The notes under the pieces: generated by a model
What the model saw: only the letters and a program-made list of their open reading frames with translations
The model's database searches: none
What the model was told of the DNA's origin: nothing
Origin: Octopus sinensis
Taxonomy: Eukaryota
Direction of reading: 5' to 3'
NCBI RefSeq assembly: GCF_006345805.1
Contig: NW_021826806.1
Location: forward strand, 1 to 11,925
Length of the DNA: 11,925 nt
Program-made: the position numbers and the translations under genes
Shown: piece by piece, positions 7,642 to 11,925 of the stretch
Position numbering within the stretch: position 1 is the first letter of the stretch
Layout of the letters: each line of letters begins with the position of its first letter

Positions 7642-7889
7642 TATAAAATGGAATACAAAAAAATAGGACAAGAACGCAAAGCATCCAGACAGATGATACA
7701 AAAAAGGGACAGCAAAACATCCAGACAGATGATACAAAATAGGGACAAAAATAAAACAAGGACGGGTCATTCGGAGTTTTCTTTCTTCAATCGAGTTCCA
7801 GATTATCTTTGCAATTTCGGCTGGTTATACTCGAGATTGCTCCACTCTGGCCAGCCCAAGGAAAAACTAAGCTAAGAGCACTAGATTCC
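7642..7889. mobile_element. Dispersed repeat (possible Penelope-like terminal repeat relic) with an internal 36-bp tandem duplication
   Basis: Homology to 122-200; units 7676-7711 and 7712-7747 match 34/36; hairpin at 7811-7840. Confidence 0.55.
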
Positions 7890-7946
7890 GTATGTATGTA
7901 TGTATGCATGTATGTATGTATGTATGTATGTTTGCATGTATGTGTA
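7890..7946. repeat. (TATG)n microsatellite
   Basis: Directly visible. Confidence 0.9.
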
Positions 7947-8370
7947 TTACGTATATTCTTTCTTCTTTCTCTACTAATCCGATTTAATGCCACTCATCTT
8001 CTCCTCTATACACAAGTCTAGCAAAAATACCCACCCACCCTGCACGAAATTTAATTTATAGCTTTTTAAACAGACTACAGTCAAACTTTATCAAATTTAA
8101 ATCCAGACGGCCCACCCACGCCTATCCATCCTAACACGTCTTCGTAACGACAGCGTCTCCCTCTTCTTGTCATTTATCATCTTACACTGAAAATTTCCCC
8201 CACCCATCCACCGATCCACCCGGTTTAACGTTTAATGTCTTATCTTTATAACTTAAACAAAATACTTATCTAATTGATGTTACTATTAATGTTTCGTCCC
8301 GACAACAATTACGTCGTCTTATATTCTAACCGTTTACTAAGTCCACACCCATTAATCATGTGCCCACCAA

Positions 8371-8434
8371 CGCCGCCACAACCACCACCACCTCATCCAT
8401 CACCACACTCACCACCATTACCTCCTCCACCACC
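8371..8434. repeat. Degenerate (CCA)n repeat
   Basis: Directly visible. Confidence 0.7.
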
Positions 8435-8545
8435 TAGAATGGTTTGCTCTTAACCCACAACGCGCCCAAGCACTTCGGGTACTAAGAACCCCACCACCAT
8501 CGTTCGCTACTTGTACACGTCTTTTCTGCGTTCTGTTTTTGCCAC

Positions 8546-8547
<2 letters not shown>

Positions 8548-8644
<97 letters not shown>

Positions 8645-8649
8645 CAGTA
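8548..8649. repeat. Compound (TTA)n(GTA)n trinucleotide microsatellite
   Basis: In-phase switch from TTA to GTA at about 8590. Confidence 0.97.
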
Positions 8650-8740
8650 AAACAAATAATTAGTTTTTATCATCATCATCATTCTTACATCTGGCAATTT
8701 ACACTTAATTTATTTAACTTCTACGCCTTTATTTCATTCA

Positions 8741-8747
8741 ATATATA

Positions 8748-8790
<43 letters not shown>

Positions 8791-8946
8791 CATTATACAT
8801 GTATATGCGCATACACAACCACCCACACACACACACACACACAAGTACATGCATGCATATATACATTTATACGCTTGTGTGTGTACGTATATGTGTTTAT
8901 GTGTCTTTGTGTGTGTCCTTGTGTGTGTGTGTGTGTGTGTGTGTGT
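8741..8946. repeat. (TA)n, (CA)n and (TG)n microsatellite cluster
   Basis: Directly visible. Confidence 0.9.
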
Positions 8947-9052
8947 AGGCTGAGTCTAGATCACTGGTGTTGTCTTACGGGTGAGCGTCACGTCTTTGCC
9001 TTATTCTCCACCATTTTTTGGGTGAAAATTATTACAAACACATGCTTTTCTT

Positions 9053-9092
9053 GTCGTCTGATGAAACGGAATCGTGAAACATCAGTAACGTT
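9053..9092 (+). ncRNA. Minimal type I hammerhead ribozyme-like motif (Penelope-like type), probably degenerate
   Basis: CGU-CUGAUGA-A-ACG(GAAU)CGU-GAAA-C(AUCA)G-UA^-ACG: intact core, 3-bp helix II, minimal helix III, 3-bp helix I. Confidence 0.55.
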
Positions 9093-9486
9093 TCGCTAAC
9101 ACTCAGCTGTTAAGAAATTACTCTGCGGTGGACATATGTGTATATGTTTATCGGGTTGCGTGGTGGGTATTCTAGTGTAAGCTGCGTGTATCTTAATTAC
9201 GGATTGTATCAGGGAATGCTTACCACCGGAAAGAAAGAAAATTAATGGTACAATGTCGTTTTATATTTCTCATTGTATAATTGCAGACTATTTTATCAGT
9301 ATAAAACCACTGGTACTAGATTATCAATTTACATTCAATTAAGGTATATAGAGCGCACGTGTGTGTGTCTTTGTGTTATATCGAAAACACGACTATGTTT
9401 AAATATGATCGTTTTGTGAGTGCTTTTTTGTATCTGTGCACCAGGCCCTTTTTGTTCGTTAAGAATAAAAAAAGAGTTCACAAATT

Positions 9487-9535
9487 CATCTTTATCGACG
9501 TTTGAAGGTTATCTCAGCCACATCTTCGGGATGTA
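9487..9535 (-). ncRNA. Degenerate hammerhead-like motif of the GAAACGUC (helix III-less) Penelope type
   Basis: Minus strand AUC-CCGAAGA-UGUGGCUGAGAUAACCUU-CAAA-CGUC^-GAU: two core deviations, helix I AUC/GAU; TATAAATA about 55 nt upstream. Confidence 0.35.
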
Positions 9536-9721
9536 AAGTAGTGTTGCCTTCTCTGCTGCCATTTTTGTTGTGGGGCTGGTCTTGTATTTATACAAAATCT
9601 CCCGCTAGAATTTGACTGTTAAAGTGTCAGAGTACATTCCTTAAATATATATATGCATGGTTGTATGCTAACTGCAGCCTTGTATTACAACATGAAGTCT
9701 CGAAGAAACTTCTCACCCCCT

Positions 9722-9734
9722 ATGCATACACACA

Positions 9735-9791
<57 letters not shown>

Positions 9792-9905
9792 CATACATTA
9801 ACTCATATACATATACATGTGCATATATTCATACATGCATGCATATTAGCATGCGCGCACTTATACATGCATATAAATACATACACGCATATACATACAT
9901 ACACA

Positions 9906-9941
<36 letters not shown>

Positions 9942-10182
9942 AATATATATGCATATGAATACAGACATACATGCATATATAATCATACACAACATTCGCA
10001 AACAGACATGAACAAACATGGATACGTATACGCATGCGTGAATATATACATGCATACACACATAAATACACTGCCATGCATACACGCAAACAAACATACA
10101 GAGGACATGTACACTTATACAAGCATAGAAATATATACATCCATTCACACACGCGTTTTCACATGCATGCATACACATACAT
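9722..10182. repeat. (CA)n/(TA)n/(CATA)n low-complexity region
   Basis: Directly visible. Confidence 0.85.
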
Positions 10183-10300
10183 GTTTCTGTAGACAGCGGG
10201 TTGTCTTGGCACATCGTAAACTGTGATGTCTAAATTTATAGATCCGTAACGAAATATCTGTCTCTTCTCGTTTAAACACGCTTCTTTGACAAATGAATGC

Positions 10301-10375
10301 ATGTATGTATGTATGTATGTATGTATGTATGTATGTATGTATGTATGTATGTATGTACGTATGTATGATTGTATG

Positions 10376-10409
<34 letters not shown>

Positions 10410-10499
10410 TGTATGTATGTATGTATGTATGTATGATTGTATGTATGTATGTATGTATGTATGTATGTATGTATGTATGTATGATTGTATGTATGTATG

Positions 10500-10531
<32 letters not shown>

Positions 10532-10549
10532 TGTATGTATGTATGTATG

Positions 10550-10580
<31 letters not shown>

Positions 10581-10785
10581 TATGTATGTATATATGTATG
10601 TATGTATGTATGTATTATGTATGTATGTATGTATGTAATGTATGTATGATGTAATGTATGTATGTATGTATGTATGTATGTATGTATGTATGTATGTATG
10701 TATGATTGTATGTATATATGTACGTATGTATATATGTATGTGTGCATGTAAGTATGTATGTCTAAATATGTATGTATGTGTGCCT

Positions 10786-10816
<31 letters not shown>

Positions 10817-10850
10817 CACATCCACACACATATACATATAGTTATACATG
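10301..10850. repeat. Long interrupted (TATG)n array grading into (CA)/(TA)
   Basis: Directly visible; recurrent TATGATTG variant units. Confidence 0.96.
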
Positions 10851-10939
10851 CAAGCGTGCATGTGGTTGTGTTGTGTGGTTTTTTGTAAGTTTCTCATCTA
10901 TGATTGCATGCTGAATGTACGTAAGCGTATCAGTGTTTG

Positions 10940-10953
10940 TATACATACATACA

Positions 10954-11034
<81 letters not shown>

Positions 11035-11113
11035 ATGTATATATGTATATATTGATATATGTATGTATGTATGTATGTAAGTATGTATGTATGTATGTAT
11101 GTATATATATTAT
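10940..11113. repeat. (CATA)n(TA)n(TATG)n compound microsatellite
   Basis: Directly visible. Confidence 0.95.
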
Positions 11114-11115
11114 AT

Positions 11116-11154
11116 TTATCTATCTGTCAGTCTGTCTATCTATCTGTCCATCCC

Positions 11155-11220
<66 letters not shown>

Positions 11221-11279
11221 CATCTATCTATCTATCTAGCTATAAATCTATCTCTCCATCAAGCTATCCAACTATCAGC

Positions 11280-11313
<34 letters not shown>

Positions 11314-11367
11314 ATATCTGTCTATCTATCTATCTGTCTATCCATCTATTTATCTATGTATCTATCT
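11116..11367. repeat. (TATC)n and (TC)n compound microsatellite
   Basis: Directly visible. Confidence 0.95.
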
Positions 11368-11719
11368 GTTGATGCAAACATGAAAGATAGAACTCAAAGT
11401 ATAATTGCCGACGCACGAAACTCTCGGCCCTTGAGTCACTCTTTTACTGTCTGCAACTGTGCGAATATATATACGCGTTTCTTTGTTTCTTTGCATACGT
11501 GTATATGCGTATACGCGTCTATGTATCAATACGTTTGTCTGCGTGTCTGTGTCTTCTGCACGTATATGATAGTATTTGTCAACGTGTGTATGTGTTGATG
11601 TCCGTACGTGTGAGTATTTCAGTGTCTTCTCTGCATGTATGAATACAGACACGTTAGCCTCTGTGTGTGTATGAAAGCATATATATGTGCGTCTCTCTGT
11701 GAATAAAAGTGTATGCCTG

Positions 11720-11812
11720 CATGTGACATCGTGAAGCCGTGTGTGTGTGTTTGTGTGTGTGTGTGGTGTGTGTGTGTGTGTGTATGCATGTATGTAGGTG
11801 TTCGTGTTTGTG
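11720..11812. repeat. TG-rich microsatellite
   Basis: Directly visible. Confidence 0.85.
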
Positions 11813-11925
11813 AGATTCTTTGCGCCATGCTATGGAGCTAGCTATTTCATAATATATTCTCCGACGCATCCATATTTTATTACAAATGAATCCGTTCATT
11901 TTAAGCTGTGTAGAAGGAAGTAAAG

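Noticed and set aside
7676-7747. 36-bp repeats as a CRISPR array
   Set aside because: Two adjacent units with no spacer, eukaryotic context, no cas genes
8270-8305. Minus-strand GACGAAAC...GUA as a hammerhead 3' half
   Set aside because: No upstream CUGANGA
1-11925. Supplied ORFs such as (YIHT)n, (MYVC)n, (YLSI)n and poly-L/V as proteins
   Set aside because: They are translations of stop-free microsatellites with no domain content or exon structure

Overview
AT-rich, non-coding eukaryotic DNA (intron or intergenic). The microsatellite density and SINE types point to a cephalopod, most likely Octopus; this is recognition from memory, not a database result. No intact protein-coding gene is supported, and most of the supplied ORFs are translations of microsatellites. 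Between the simple repeats lies a mosaic of mobile DNA: two tRNA-derived SINE families (each an inverted pair, plus an orphan tail), a complete non-autonomous piggyBac-type element (TTAA target sites, 12-bp TIRs), a complete non-autonomous Helitron plus a second Helitron-like 5' end, a decayed C2H2 zinc-finger tract probably from a LINE, and a probable 3' fragment of an RLE-type LINE. The most notable signals are two (possibly three) degenerate minimal hammerhead ribozyme motifs of the Penelope-like type, and a unique stretch at about 5650-6180 dense in palindromic transcription-factor motifs.
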